From Octopus sinensis (Eukaryota): a DNA stretch of 64,000 nt. The notes beneath the pieces are model-generated. The model was not told where the DNA came from and did no database searches. It was given only the letters and a program-made list of their open reading frames with translations. A program made the position numbers and the translations under genes. The stretch spans positions 1,194-65,193 of the forward strand of contig NW_021831829.1 of NCBI RefSeq assembly GCF_006345805.1, given 5' to 3'. Position 1 is the first letter of the stretch; each line of letters opens with the position of its first letter. Positions 25,234-40,642 of this stretch are shown in pieces.

Positions 25234-26529
25234 CACACACATGCACACGTACATACAAAAAAGGATTACGCATATGTATTGATTTATATATGTATACATA
25301 ACAATACATACCTTCACTCATTGTTTCTTCCTTTCTCTCTCTCTCTCTTCCTTTCTCTCATTCCCTCTCTCACGCAAACACGTCGATTTCATATACACGT
25401 ACATACATCATTCTGTTTCTCCTCTGTTTCACTTAAAAACAGAAGTAAAGAAAAGAAACTTTTGTATAGAAATTAGCGAATTCCGGATGCCAGTTCTGAG
25501 AATCAAAGGGGAAGGTTGCCATTCACATGGAAATAATTTTATAAAACATTAGAATACTGTCTGTTTAAAGAAAGCCAAAATGTAAATACTTACTGTACAA
25601 AAAACTTGCATTTTTCAAATCACATTCAGTTAAAAATATTTCTAAACGATTAAAATATTGTGTATATCAAAAAGTTAACGTTTATTTTTCGTCTTAGAAA
25701 GTGCGAAGACTATGTGTGTGTATATGTCACAGATAGCGGACGTGTGTTTGTGTTGGACATTCATTATACGTGTTTGTATTCTGTATGTGTGTATATGTGT
25801 TGATGTCACACATGTTTTTCGTCAAGAAATAATAAACAAAAATTGTGCTTAATCGTTTCCATTAATAAATAGAAGTCCAAATATCACAAAATTTTTATAA
25901 AACATTAGAATATTGTCTGTTCAAAGAAAGCTAAAATAAAATATAAATGTACTGCATCGCCGAAGGTAAGTATGAAAATAAATATTCAAAACACTAAAGA
26001 TAAAATATACTATTTCTGATATATTTCGGGTACATAGAAACATCTCTAGAGTTTTACTATTATTAAGATGTGTGCAGTGTGTATTGGAATTTGTTTTTCG
26101 TTTAGACATAACGATAATAATAATGCGATGCTACGTCTCATTATCCGTAGGCTTCAGATAAAAGTGTTAGTCGGGTGCAAAGCGTAAGAATAGATTATAT
26201 TAATGACAGCTTACGGCTGTTTCTCCTATACGGTGATACTCAACTGTGACTGCATTGCATCTCATAACAGAAACAGCTATCAATAAATAAGTGAGGATTA
26301 GTGGAGATTCATTTAATAGATCGAAGCTCATCAAAGTGCGGCATACCACACTTGATGGCTAAACATTACAACGCAAATCAACAGATAAACAATCCATTCA
26401 GTTAGCATGGAGGACTGATCAACAAATGGAACTTCCTCAGTATATCGTACTCCGTGAATTCAAGAGTATACAAAATTTGACAGAACGTTAAGTATGACGT
26501 AATTTAAAAAAGATAAAAGGGATATAAAG

Positions 26530-26566
<37 letters not shown>

Positions 26567-26829
26567 ATAGTATTATTAAAATACCATCACAAGTGGTAAG
26601 TGAATTATCAGCCGTACAGGCAAATTAATAAAATATATACATACAATATTACATATGTACATATATACACAATGATATATATACATATATACATTGATAT
26701 TTTTCTTATCTTGTCTGTAATAGATTTGTGAATATTCGGTGGTACAGAAGTATTTTTTGATTTCTATCATTAGCGATATAAGTACTCATGTAGTACCCTT
26801 GTGGATATATATATACATATCTAATATTG

Positions 26830-26888
<59 letters not shown>

Positions 26889-27295
26889 AGAGGGGTCTGT
26901 ATGATTGTGTATAGAGGGATATATATTATTCAAAGGAATTCCAACTCTGTTTTTTTTAGGTTTTATTTATATTCTATATAATATTAATACAGAATATAGA
27001 ATATATAGTATAAATAGTATATATAGTAAAATGAAATGAAGTATTGATTGTCTTATTGAATAGATGAAGTATTGAATATCAAATATTGAGGGACTAGTAT
27101 ACTTTCTTGCATTAAACCAGTCTTCAATGCCCCAGGTCGTATATACATACACTCACACACACACACATATATGCGCACCTATTATATATAATATCCAATT
27201 TTAAATACAAACCAAGTTTCTTCTACGTCTTACCCAAAATATACAAAAATCCACATATTTGTACAGCTTGCAAGGATTCATCGAGCCTATGCATT

Positions 27296-27518
27296 ACCGC
27301 CCCACCACTGGCTAAGCGAGCAGGCCAACAGAAGAAAGAGTGGGAGAAACAGTGGTGAAAGATTACAGCAGGCATCACCACCATCCCCTGCCGGAGCCTC
27401 GTGGAGCTTTTAGGTGTTTTCGCTCAATAAACACTCACAACGCCCGGTCTGAGAATCGAAACCGCGATCCTACGACCGCGAGTCCGCTGCCCTAACCACT
27501 AGGCCATTGCGCCTCCAC
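27296..27518 (-). mobile_element. SINE family D (tRNA-Arg-like head)
   Basis: Minus strand GTGGAGGCGCAATGGCCTAGTGGTTAGGGCAGCGGACTCGCGG...TTTCGATTC; same family as 63327-63628. Confidence 0.85.
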
Positions 27519-27523
27519 ACACA

Positions 27524-27560
<37 letters not shown>

Positions 27561-27598
27561 CACACATATATATATAATATTATATATATATATATAAT

Positions 27599-27636
<38 letters not shown>

Positions 27637-27641
<5 letters not shown>

Positions 27642-27771
27642 TAATATCATATATATGTGTGTGTGTCTGTGTGTTTTGTATTGTGTGGTGTGGGTACGTA
27701 GGTGTGTATAGATGTATGAATGTAAGTATGCATGTATATATCTATCTATCTATCTATTATCTATATATCTA

Positions 27772-27822
<51 letters not shown>

Positions 27823-28240
27823 TATATATATATATATATTATATATATAGGTATGTTTGAATGTGATTTCAGAACAGAACGTATGCATAACGTAGTTATT
27901 TGTGCAGTTAACAGTGACAGTGATACGTATATTGATAACAATCTATATAACAATACATTCAATAAAAATTATTTCAACAAGAATCAAATTTTCTTCATAA
28001 CATAGCAGAAACCTATTGGCAATAATGAGAATTTATTACGAGTATTGCTGGTAAGCTATCAGACACCAGATATATTGACGATATGAATGGCCGATATCAA
28101 ATACATGATCACATAGTGACTTACTCCTATACGCGCATATATCTCGTACACCCACGTATACTCGTGAAACCACATATATATGCATGCATATATTTATATG
28201 TGTATATACATACAGATTGATAGATAGATAGATAGATAGG

Positions 28241-28287
<47 letters not shown>

Positions 28288-28402
28288 GTAGATAGATAGA
28301 TATATAGGTAGATAGATAGATGGATGGGTGGATGGTTGGATAGATAGATAGATAGACAAATAAATGGATAGATGGATGTATAGATAATAGGTAGATAGAT
28401 AG
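27637..28402. repeat. Direct duplication, copy 1 (copy 2 at about 28921-29690)
   Basis: The unique core ggtatgtttgaatgtgatttcagaacag...catacagattgatag and the flanking microsatellite pattern are repeated with a few differences. Confidence 0.9.
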
Positions 28403-28476
28403 TATGTTTCTTTATTAGCCACACAGGGCTGCACACAGATAGAACAAATTACAAGGTAGAGCTTTTCTTTTGAAGG

Positions 28477-28512
<36 letters not shown>

Positions 28513-28576
28513 AAGGGGGAGGTTCGATCAAAAGGGATCGTAAAAGGAGAGAAAGGGACAAAAATAAGGGGGGTAA

Positions 28577-28608
<32 letters not shown>

Positions 28609-28743
28609 AGAGGAAAAAAAATGATCAATAGGGATCGTTATCACAGAAATGTCAATATGAAGTGTAAAGGGGGACAGGTGAGGTTTCCCGTGGAAGAAAG
28701 CCTGCCGAAAAGACCACGGTAACCTCGGTCAATGAAGTCACAT

Positions 28744-28779
<36 letters not shown>

Positions 28780-28920
28780 AAATAAGCAACTCTCTGTTTT
28801 CGATTTCTGGGTTCATAGGACTATGCTCAAGGTGGCTTCGTCATTCATACGTGCCATTCTTGCTACTTCACCCATCTTTTTTTAAAACATTCGCTAGACA
28901 AAACTTGCCTCTCTACTCTC

Positions 28921-28921
<1 letters not shown>
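28403..28921 (-). mobile_element. 5'-truncated LINE (L1/Tx1-like): ORF2 C-terminus and 3' UTR
   Basis: Minus strand LRVERQVLSSECFKKRWV/VARMARMNDEATLSIVL* (one frameshift), then a homopolymer-rich UTR ending AATAAAGAAACATAC at a (GATA)n tract. The clade is from recall. Confidence 0.6.
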
Positions 28922-29990
<1,069 letters not shown>

Positions 29991-30198
29991 TTATTATTCT
30001 TATACAAGTAAGTTGTCTTCGCTGACTTCGACGTTTCGACCAATCGTTGGACTTCTTCGCTGCACGAAATCTCTTGTCTAAGAATAATGAAACTGATAAT
30101 TGTAAAATACGTCAAAAGTATAGAGTAACCTATCAGATTAATGCAAAATTGTTTTATTATAACTAACATAAAAAACAAACTTTAATATATATATATGT

Positions 30199-30237
<39 letters not shown>

Positions 30238-30283
30238 TATGTATGTATGTATGTATGAATCTACAGAGAGAGCGAGAAAGAAG

Positions 30284-30328
<45 letters not shown>

Positions 30329-32247
30329 TAACTAGTTTTATGCTTACGTAGGTTTATTATTATATTCGAATTTAAGTTTTACTTTCAGTTTCATTGTTGT
30401 TATAGCCAGAATAACAAATAGATTTGCATAGTAATTCTAATAAATATTTCTGTATGGGGTCTAAATGTCAGTATATTTACTGGTAAAATCGTCTCTTTAA
30501 TGTATTATTAGAATCGTATATCAGCGATTTTGTTCAAATTTTTATTAAAGCTAAAAATTATATATGAGCTTTCAAGTAAACTACAAAACATACTTTATCA
30601 CATAAATATTACTTGGAAATGCACATTAAGTATAATTGCTTAAATTTCTATGTAAACAAAAAGAGAAATATATATTATGTGTTTATGTGTTTATGTTTTT
30701 GTATTTGCGTTTATAGAGAGAGAGGCTGCGAGAGAGATAGAGAGATGGGGAAAGTTTACGAAATATTTGAAAAGAAACATGTTTATTTGATTCTAAATGA
30801 ACGAAGATTAAAATCTGTAAAAAAGATAAATCAACTTTGATTCAAATATACTCAAAGAATATCAAAGAAAATAGAACATAGATTTGAAATACAAATAGTC
30901 GCAATTGTAAAGAGAATGTTTACACACATATACACACGCACAAACGCACCCACGCGCGTAGAGAGAAACACAGACTATCACACAGACACATACGTCTGTG
31001 GGTATTTATATAATGGGAATTGATAATTTTACGAGACTAAAATTAGAATTAGTATCATCCTGGTGCGTTTAAGTAATGAACTATTGATTCGTCTGCAAAA
31101 TAAGAGGAAATCCTGTTACGCAATTAGAACATATATATATTCTATAATATATATTGGACACGGACGGTCGTTGAATTCATTTTGTCTTGAGGTTCACAGC
31201 CAAACGGCTGGGTAGATTCGCGTGATAAATGACACACCTATGCAGACCAGTGCATAGATTGGAATGCTATTTGTATTTTTTTATTAGCCCAAACACTTTC
31301 CGAGAAAATCGATTAAAACTTTTTCTAATGGAATTCCGCTGTTTGTTCCGCCATTAAAACGACCAGTTGGTCACACAGTCGGCATATACCATTTCGCTAG
31401 CAACAAGGGGAGTACAGGATGACAGTCAGCCAAAACCTCCGCTTTGCTGTCTCTCTTCTCTCTCACATACACACGCACGCACGCACACACACACATTAGT
31501 ACAATTTTACCTAAAATCCCACAGAGGATAAGGAGATAGACAAAGAACATGTTTTACCAACAACAGGTCCTTCTAATTTAATTAAATTCAGTGTCTTTGC
31601 GCAGCTGAAGATTGCTCTACATTTTAAATTGATGTAATGAAAGGATTGCCTTGGTCAATTAAATGGAGTCGCATGAAACGATCGTACTGCATTACTCTGG
31701 ATATTGTTGTTGCTTATTTTGATTTTAATCACCTTATTTTGTGATAATACCGTACTTAATACTTAATTCTGGTGCCTCAACTTAAGTACCATATTCATCT
31801 GAATCTCAATTATATATATATATATATATATGTATAACTACGACCAACTTAGGCTCCGATTAAGGGGTTGTAAATCAGCCTATCGGACTACATAGCTTTG
31901 TTATATATTTTTACATTCTTAAGGTACAATTTCAGGTAAAAGTCACACACAACATTCTGTATTATACTATTAAACTGGAGTTAGTAAAAAAATTCGGGGT
32001 CTCAAGCAGTCGTCTTATAAACAAATACGAGGATACCTCGATATTTCTGCTACAGGATAGCCATCCAACACAGTTGCGATCGTTAACAGAATCTAGGAGC
32101 AGCGTTTGTTAGCTGGCACCATCCGTAGATGGGTTAAATTCTAAGAGATGAAGCCCATTAGATTTCAACAGGACTAATTATTATAGCTGCCGGGCGCTGG
32201 CGTGCCAATCGTCGTTAAGTTGGATAGATCCTAAATAGAAGTCGACC

Positions 32248-32279
<32 letters not shown>

Positions 32280-32499
32280 TACTTGCATGCTTACATACTT
32301 ATAAACAGAAGTGTTCTCTTCTCTGTTCTGAGTTTCTAAATTAATTGGCTGTCATACGTCTGTTCAATAACAAAATGGAGAGACACGTCAGCACGGCAGA
32401 ATGAATTCTCTGTTCTATATGTGAGCATATAAATTGTGAGTGTGTGAGTGTGAGCTCTCATCCCACCACCACCAATACCACCGTCGGTGTGTGTGTACG

Positions 32500-32609
32500 T
32501 AAGTGTATATGTATATATAAATATATATATAAATATATATTTACATATATGAATAAATTTGCACAAACACGTCTATATAACGGCGTATAACTTCATTTAG
32601 TTTTATATA

Positions 32610-32652
<43 letters not shown>

Positions 32653-32661
32653 TCTATAATA

Positions 32662-32693
<32 letters not shown>

Positions 32694-33442
32694 ATGTATG
32701 TATATACAGATAGATAGACATACAGATAGATAGATATATGGTTAGATAGACTGACAGGGATATAGATAGACTGATGAATGGATAAATGTAGATATGTATA
32801 TTTACATACATACATACATACATATATACATACATACATACATACATACATACATACATACACACACACATGTATGCATACATACATACCTATAGGCATG
32901 AACACATACAGATATATTTGTAAGTGTGCATCTGTTTGGGTTTATATATATGTGTGCAAGCCTGATATTTTTTCTCTTTATGAATGTTAGTCAAGCATTA
33001 GAATGACGTTGTCATTTGTTCCTATCTTTAGTAGTGTCAAGACTGCGTGGTAATCAGGAAACAATAGCAGTTAACGCATGAAAGTAGCAGGATACATATA
33101 GTTGTAATGTAATGTAACGTATGTTCGTTTTGCTGCTTTTATCTCCTTAATATTTTTATAAATGCTTTTAAATTACAATGGAATGGTAAAATGTGAATCA
33201 TAAAAAAAGAGAGATATCCAGGAATGTCCTTTTCTTTTATACATTGCATGTTCAATTTTTGCTCTTTTCTCCTCAGCAAGTTAATAATGTGATTTTTATC
33301 TATTTCCTAAATAATAGAATGGAAAGATTATTCATTACCAATAAGCTTTTTTTATTTATTCTTTTGCTTTTGTTTCTGGAAATACTATTTATGTATGTAT
33401 ATTGCTTTAAAGACAATATGTGATATAATATATATATAATAT

Positions 33443-33487
<45 letters not shown>

Positions 33488-33769
33488 TTATTGTATATCT
33501 GATGTGCTTATATATGTAAATATCAATATATATATATAATACACACACACACCACATATATATATAGGTATGTACGTATATGTCCATGTATGTATGTATA
33601 TATGTACTTATGTATGCATCTATGTATCTATGTATGTATCTGAAGGAAAAAGTGAAACTTTATATGTATACATATATATATAATATATATGTATATGTAT
33701 ATATATATCGATATGTATATATATATAGATATGTATATATATATACATATATATATATATGCATATATA

Positions 33770-33821
<52 letters not shown>

Positions 33822-33835
33822 ATATCTATCTATAT
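32500..33835. repeat. Compound (TA)/(TACA)/(GATA) microsatellite blocks (32500-32890 and 33420-33835)
   Basis: Directly visible. Confidence 0.9.
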
Positions 33836-34684
33836 ATTTATAAAACATGATATGAAATGATAGGTTGTAATAAAAAGCAAATTAGAGAAACCAAATACCT
33901 GGTTTTCTATCCATGCAAGGGTAATAAATATTTCAATTTCGAGGACGGTTGTCCATGTTTGTCTTTTTCAATTTCCATCTAAAAGATATGTTGACAATCT
34001 CTTTCATACTCCCACTTAGAAACACACTCTGGAGCTACTTTAGGTGTTAAATCTAAATTTATGGTGATCGAATGCCTCAAGCAGGTATATATGTACAGCT
34101 TTGTAAGAAATGTTTACATAAAAATACATGGATTTGGTGAGATATTATTTGTGCAGAAATTCTGTTTTCTATTCACAAAATTATATTGATGTTTAAACGC
34201 GAATGTATCTAAATTATTATTTTACCTTTTGGATTATATTTTTATATTTTATATTTTTAAATTGGCAGATTTTTTTTTTTTTTGTATATTTTGTCTTCCG
34301 GTATAGATTCTTTGGCGTGCTTTGTTTAGAGGAGAAAGCGGTTTCTATATAACTAATATAATAGTAAGAACTCGAACGTTTTCATCTTATAATATTATCG
34401 GATATACACTGAGATAACTAAATATTTCTCAGAAAATTAATGGTACAGACCCATGCGTTTGGAGATTTTGAAAGTGTAAAGAATAATGTAATTGCCATGA
34501 GAATAATGAGCTGGTTATGTAACTTTAGGTTTAGTAGAGTCACAGTCCTTCAGAGAGGAACTAAGAGAATTCAGATTGGCCGATGTGAAGTTGGCACCAT
34601 CTCTTAGGCATTGGTCTACCTTTTAAGTAAAAGAAACGAAATGCCAAAAGAAAAACGTATCAAGCTGTTACGGTTGCCACACTC

Positions 34685-34715
<31 letters not shown>

Positions 34716-36339
34716 CCTTGTCAGAGCCTTCGTTTAAAATCAGATTTACACTTCGTAAATTCTCATAGAGTTCTTATCACATACATGCTGACTCTGAGAA
34801 AACAGTTTGCTATCTAAAAGAGTTCCTAAACAGATAGAAATCGTGAAATACCATTTCTGATTCATCATTTAATATCTAACAATGTTAGATATTAAATATA
34901 TGTCCTTCACTGGTTTGTGATGTCGAAGATGTAAATCTATCAAATCGAATCAGGAGGAGATATGTGTCGAGAGAATAGCTACAGATGGATAAATTTTGCA
35001 TGTGAGAATTTTCATATATTCACTGCCATATTGTAGAGAAAATGCAGTCGCGTATAGATGTGGTAAATTCTGGACATCAAACCCATAATGCAACATTATC
35101 TGGGATTATTCAACCTTCTAAAAGTATTAGTTAAATTACCCTCATGTTACATCCAGAAATATTTGTCAAATGTAAGCGGAAATTGAATGATGAAGATGTG
35201 AATATGATAGACATGTTCCAGTGCTTTCAGATGTATGTAATTTTAGCCTAAATCAGAGGCGAATAAGCGTGGCGCAATATGTAATGCAGGCGGCTTTTGG
35301 GCATAAGAGGTTACAGCACAGCCGTTTTGGCACCGCTTATTTCGTGTCACTGATTCGATGCTGACTTATTTGACATCAGAAGTTTTAATGTATCTCCTCT
35401 TCTCTCCCCACTCTCCCCTCTCCCTCGTCTCTCTCTCTCTCTTTACGTGTGTAAGCATCTACTTATATCTGTCTGTATGTACATCTCAGTTTCTCTCTCT
35501 CTCATTCTCTCCCCCCCATCTCTCTTTCTCTCTCGCTCTCTGCATATGTATATTTGTGCACGGGCGCTCGAAGGGGCACTCTCTCCGACAGGTTTCCACA
35601 CATCCCATCGATCCAATTTCCCACTCATGTTTTAGATCCACCTGAGGCTATACTAAAGGCACATGCTAATATCTTACATATTAATACCGAACTCAGAACC
35701 TCATGACTGTGAAACAGAATTCTTTGCAATCCAGGTACATCTGCCTAATGATATGTAAAAAGCAGAATATTAACTCTTGAACATTTTTGCTGGGAGGCTT
35801 ATTGGATGAGAGGGGAAACTGGGCCTAAACGACAACCTATTTTAGAAACAATGCCTTAGCGTGTGCCTCTTTTGTCGGATATACGAAATACTACCGATAT
35901 AAACATATGGTGATATTCCAGCTGCACAGATAATTTTCGTCTCAATGGCATTTGTGACATTGCCTCTAGGATCTCTCAGGTCACTATTCAGGCCTACAGC
36001 GGATCTGGCATTAAGCATAGGTGCCAGACGAAAGTTGTAACTTCCACAGAGTTGATCAAACGGACTTGGATTATGTAATCCCCTGTCTGTTGAGACCCGA
36101 AATCGATCTGCAAGCCCTTTCGAACACTACACACGGAGGATTCGCCCAGAATAGCATACATTTAATATTTTATGGGAATTCAGATGGTTGACATATCCAT
36201 CGTTGGAAAGGTGTACACGGCCACACGTTTCACGACTCTAACAATTTATAATTACTTTGATCTTCTCACAAAAATCCCACCAAAAGTCAAATTTTTAGAC
36301 TTTCGTGTTCAAGGTGACCTTCATCAAATATTTTCCACA

Positions 36340-36605
36340 CAAAAACTGACACACACACACACATATACATGTATATATGTACACAACACACACATATGTA
36401 CATGTATATATGTACACACACACACATATATATATACATGTATATATATACACAAACTCACACACACACACATACATATACATGTATATATGCACACATG
36501 TATGTATATATATATATATATATATATTTACACATATACGTATATGTATGCACATGTGTATGTATATATAAGTACATACATACATACACATACATATCTA
36601 TACGA

Positions 36606-36659
<54 letters not shown>

Positions 36660-37038
36660 CATGCGCTTTTACATATTTGTATGCCACACATTATTTCAAC
36701 TGAACAATAACACCCATACCCAGGCGATAAATATCATGTTTTCATGAGAAAGGAAAACACCTGTACTATAATTCCTAAGGAACTAACAATTATGTAGTAT
36801 CATGAAAAATACATTTTGTTCGATAAACTAATCGGATATTACTATAGAAATGAGCGGAAAATTTGAATCATGCTAGAACACTACGGAATTCTTATTATCT
36901 TCGTCTTTCTACAATGAAGTGGGAATGACATCCGACAAGATACAGACGTGGAAAAGATTCGTCGCATCAAATATATGCAGGCACGCGCACATACATAAAT
37001 ACATGCGTGCATGTATACAGTTATATACATATATACAT

Positions 37039-37135
<97 letters not shown>

Positions 37136-37254
37136 GTATATATGTATATATATATATAGCTATATATATATATATATGAATGTACATATGTATATTTATA
37201 TATTTATAAGTGTGTATATATATATATATACTTATCTATGTGTGTCTGGATATA

Positions 37255-37308
<54 letters not shown>

Positions 37309-37317
37309 ATATATATA

Positions 37318-37361
<44 letters not shown>

Positions 37362-37392
37362 GTATATATATATATATACATATATATATACA
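36340..37392. repeat. Compound (CA)/(TA) microsatellite blocks (36340-36665 and 36980-37392)
   Basis: Directly visible. Confidence 0.9.
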
Positions 37393-38006
37393 AAAGAAAT
37401 TGAGAAAAACTTTCCTGGCAGGAAATATTTGCTTTCTAGTAGTTACGTATTATACTTAAATTTTGTCTTTTGTTATATTAATCACGAGCAAAGTAAGTTC
37501 CATGATTATATGGGCGTTGACTATGCAGAAAATTCAAATGAGATTTAAGGCAGACAGTGTAGAATACAGAAAGGAGAATTTTACTTCCGCCTTCATCTTC
37601 TAATACATTTGTATTAAGTTTACAGTTAACGGTAAAACTCACAATAATTGGACTGTGATTACATAAATGACAAATGAATAAAGACACAATGGCATTGCGA
37701 TAAATCGGATTTATTTTAATCATAATATATTCGTAAAACAAAAGCTTCTTAATAATGTTTAGGATGTAAAGATTTCGAGGATCTTGCAAGTCTGTGAAAG
37801 TATTGAGATGATTATAGTCAAACTGAATACCAATTATAGCAGCAACTGAGGAATTGCATAAATCGCAAAGAGCGCAGTCTCCATTATCGTTTCCTATTAG
37901 TGGTTTGGGAAATACATCAAATGGTTTTTGTCTGGAAAGAAAAACCAGGGATGCATCGGATAAGAACACATAGAAGTTTTCATAGATAACAAGGATCTTG
38001 GCGAGT

Positions 38007-38023
38007 TAATATTATTATTATTA

Positions 38024-38075
<52 letters not shown>

Positions 38076-38260
38076 GTTGTTGTTATTATTATTGTTATTA
38101 TTATTATTATTATTATTATAATTATTATTATTATTATTATTATAATAATAATTATTATTATATTATTATTATTATTATATTTATATTATTATTATTTATA
38201 TATTATTATATTATTATTATTATTATATTATTATTATTATTATTATTATCACCATTATTT
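38007..38260. repeat. Long (ATT)n microsatellite
   Basis: Directly visible. Confidence 0.95.
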
Positions 38261-38264
38261 AAGA

Positions 38265-38485
38265 GATGGCATGGCAGAATCATTAGCGCGTAGTGCGGAC
38301 TGCTTATCGGCATTCCGACTGGCGCTACGTTCTGAGCTCAAATTCCGGCGTGTTTGACTTAGCCTTCCATGCTCGGGATCGATAAAATAAGTATCAGTCA
38401 AGCACTGGGGTCAATGCAATCAACGTAAACGCTGCCCCAACATTTCAAATTTGTGCCTAAAATAGAAATCATTATTATTATTTTG
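38265..38485 (+). mobile_element. Divergent SINE A2
   Basis: ggcagaatcattagcg...acgttctgagctcaaattcc...gataaaataagtatcagt. Confidence 0.7.
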
Positions 38486-38659
38486 TTTGCCTTTTGCTTT
38501 GTATTTGCAAATGTCGACAAGTCACAAGTTCAATATGGTGTTATGGCTAGGGTGTCATATTTTTGGTTTTGCACAGAGTATTGTTCTAGGTAATCTCTGT
38601 CAGAATCTAAGAAAGTTAGAAGCTTATCTTAAAAGTACATATACTTTTCCAAGTATATA

Positions 38660-39320
38660 TACAGTTCCCCGGCCAAAGATGGATATACTGGGCTTCGTAT
38701 ATTTTACCCCGGTGTCACTTTGATGGCATGCACTACTCTCTTACATAATAATAATAATATGTTATCATGTTATCATGTACATTGTTTTGTCTTGGTATAA
38801 AAGATGGGCTACAGCAAATATTCTGCTCAATACCACAGATTTGTTTGTCAGTTGTTTGACCTTAACCAGTTGAGCATGTCCCTTAGTGGTTGACGATATG
38901 TGCATCTCTGACCACAACCAGAAGTAGTGGGGGAGCATCATAGCCATGTGCTGAGAGGGATTTTGGGGGGTTTGAATAATTCACCTCTGGAAACATGGGT
39001 GCTTCGTTCAACATCCTTAAACAACCCTTATTTAGGGACCTTTTGAGAGGGATGGGTTGCTCGACCAGAAAAAAATTCTAACTGCAAGGTCATGTGCTGT
39101 TTATCTTGATATGAGATCACCATGTTGCACACATACGGTTGTGATGCATGTGCCTAGTGTACCCTTATCAGATGGGTAGTCATGATGGGTACACTGGGCT
39201 TCGTATATTTTACCCCAGTGTCACTTTAATGGCATGCACTGCTCTCTCACTCAATAATAATAATAATAATAATGATAATAATAATAATAATAACAATAAT
39301 AATAATAATAATAATAGGAC
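38660..39320 (+). mobile_element. Non-LTR retroelement 3' region with (TAA)n tail; the terminal roughly 90 bp is present twice
   Basis: actgggcttcgtatattttacccc.gtgtcacttt.atggcatgcact + (TAA)n at 38686-38760 and 39193-39315. Confidence 0.55.
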
Positions 39321-39584
39321 GAAGAGTTCGATGCGATTGCAATAGATATTTTATTGGTTGAAGGGAATTTCGACAGCAAAACTGTCTTTCTCGGATTCAA
39401 ATTAAAAGTGATAATAACTCAAAATTATAGAAATTCAGATCTAAAATATGAACGAGAGCAATTGGTATCAACACGTTGATGGAATGACATCATCATTCTT
39501 CAAGTTTCAATTTTGTAGCATTTCATAACTGGCGAAAAGAAAAGAACAGAAAAAAACAAGCATGCATATTGCGCTTGTTGAATG

Positions 39585-39636
<52 letters not shown>

Positions 39637-39889
39637 GAGAGAGAGAGGATGGGATTAGGATGTTAGCGGGATACAACGAAATCCATTCGCCAAGTTTCGT
39701 ATTCGTGACCTTATGCATTGATCGAATTGCTAGAGTGGTACTTATTTTGACGACCTCGAAAGGATCGCGATAGTTCCGAACATGTATGAATTTCAAACTC
39801 AAATATAACGACGAACAATATCGCCCGAAGAAACTTGCACGATATGTTATCCATTACGCTAGCTCACCAAAAGTCAAGATGCTGATGAT

Positions 39890-39890
39890 G

Positions 39891-39943
<53 letters not shown>

Positions 39944-40169
39944 TATGATAATAATAATAGTTTCAAGTTGTGCTACACGGGCAGCAATTTTGTGGGAAGA
40001 GATAAGTCAATTACATCGACCCTAGTGTTCAAATGGTAGTTTTCCTACCGACCCCGAAAGGCTGAAAGGTAAAGTCGATCTCGGAATATTTGAACTCAGA
40101 ACGTAGCGGCAGACGAAATACCGTTAAGCATTTCGTCCGAGTGTTAAACATTCTGCCAGCACGCCGCAT
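39890..40169 (-). mobile_element. SINE A2 next to (ATA/TAT)n
   Basis: gaactcagaacgtagcggcagacgaaataccg...ctgccagcacgccgc (reverse-complement head). Confidence 0.8.
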
Positions 40170-40204
40170 AAAATAATAATAATTATTATTAATTTTTTTG
40201 TTAT

Positions 40205-40642
40205 TGTTATTCTATGTTTTACATTTGTACAAGTTGGCTCCAAGTCTCCAGAGACCTCAAGAGACAAGTTGGAAGTTCATGTTGGTGTTATGCCTAGGGT
40301 GCCATATATTTGGTTTTGTACTTAGTGCTGTACTACTGAATGGCTAAAAAAACCATACGAAAATTGTTTGTTTTAAAACTTGAGATTACATGTGAAGAGT
40401 TTTGCGTAGGATATGAGGAGTTCCCATGAGCACTATCTTTTGAATTTCTACCATTTTGAGGTTTCCTGGTATCTGAGCTAGGTAGCAATCAGCCCCGTTT
40501 GCTATCATTCCCAGGGCATCTATGACAACAAGTATTGTTTTAGTCTTCAGGTTTCAGATTTCTATTTCAAGACCTTTATATTTGCTCAGTTTTTGGTAGG
40601 TCTTCACAGATACGTTTATATCGATTGGGGCAGTCATATCAA
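40205..40642 (-). mobile_element. RLE-type (R4/Dong-like) non-LTR retrotransposon 3' end
   Basis: Minus strand IDMTAPIDINVSVKTYQKLSKYKGLEIEI*NLKTKTILVVIDALGMI...QIPGNLKMVEIQKIVLMGTPHILRKTL*, a restriction-like endonuclease C-terminus followed by UTR and a TAA-rich tail. Confidence 0.75.

Noticed and set aside
25535-25935. 48-bp direct repeat (about 25535 and 25888)
   Set aside because: Short, AT-rich and diverged, with no structure suggesting more than a small local duplication.
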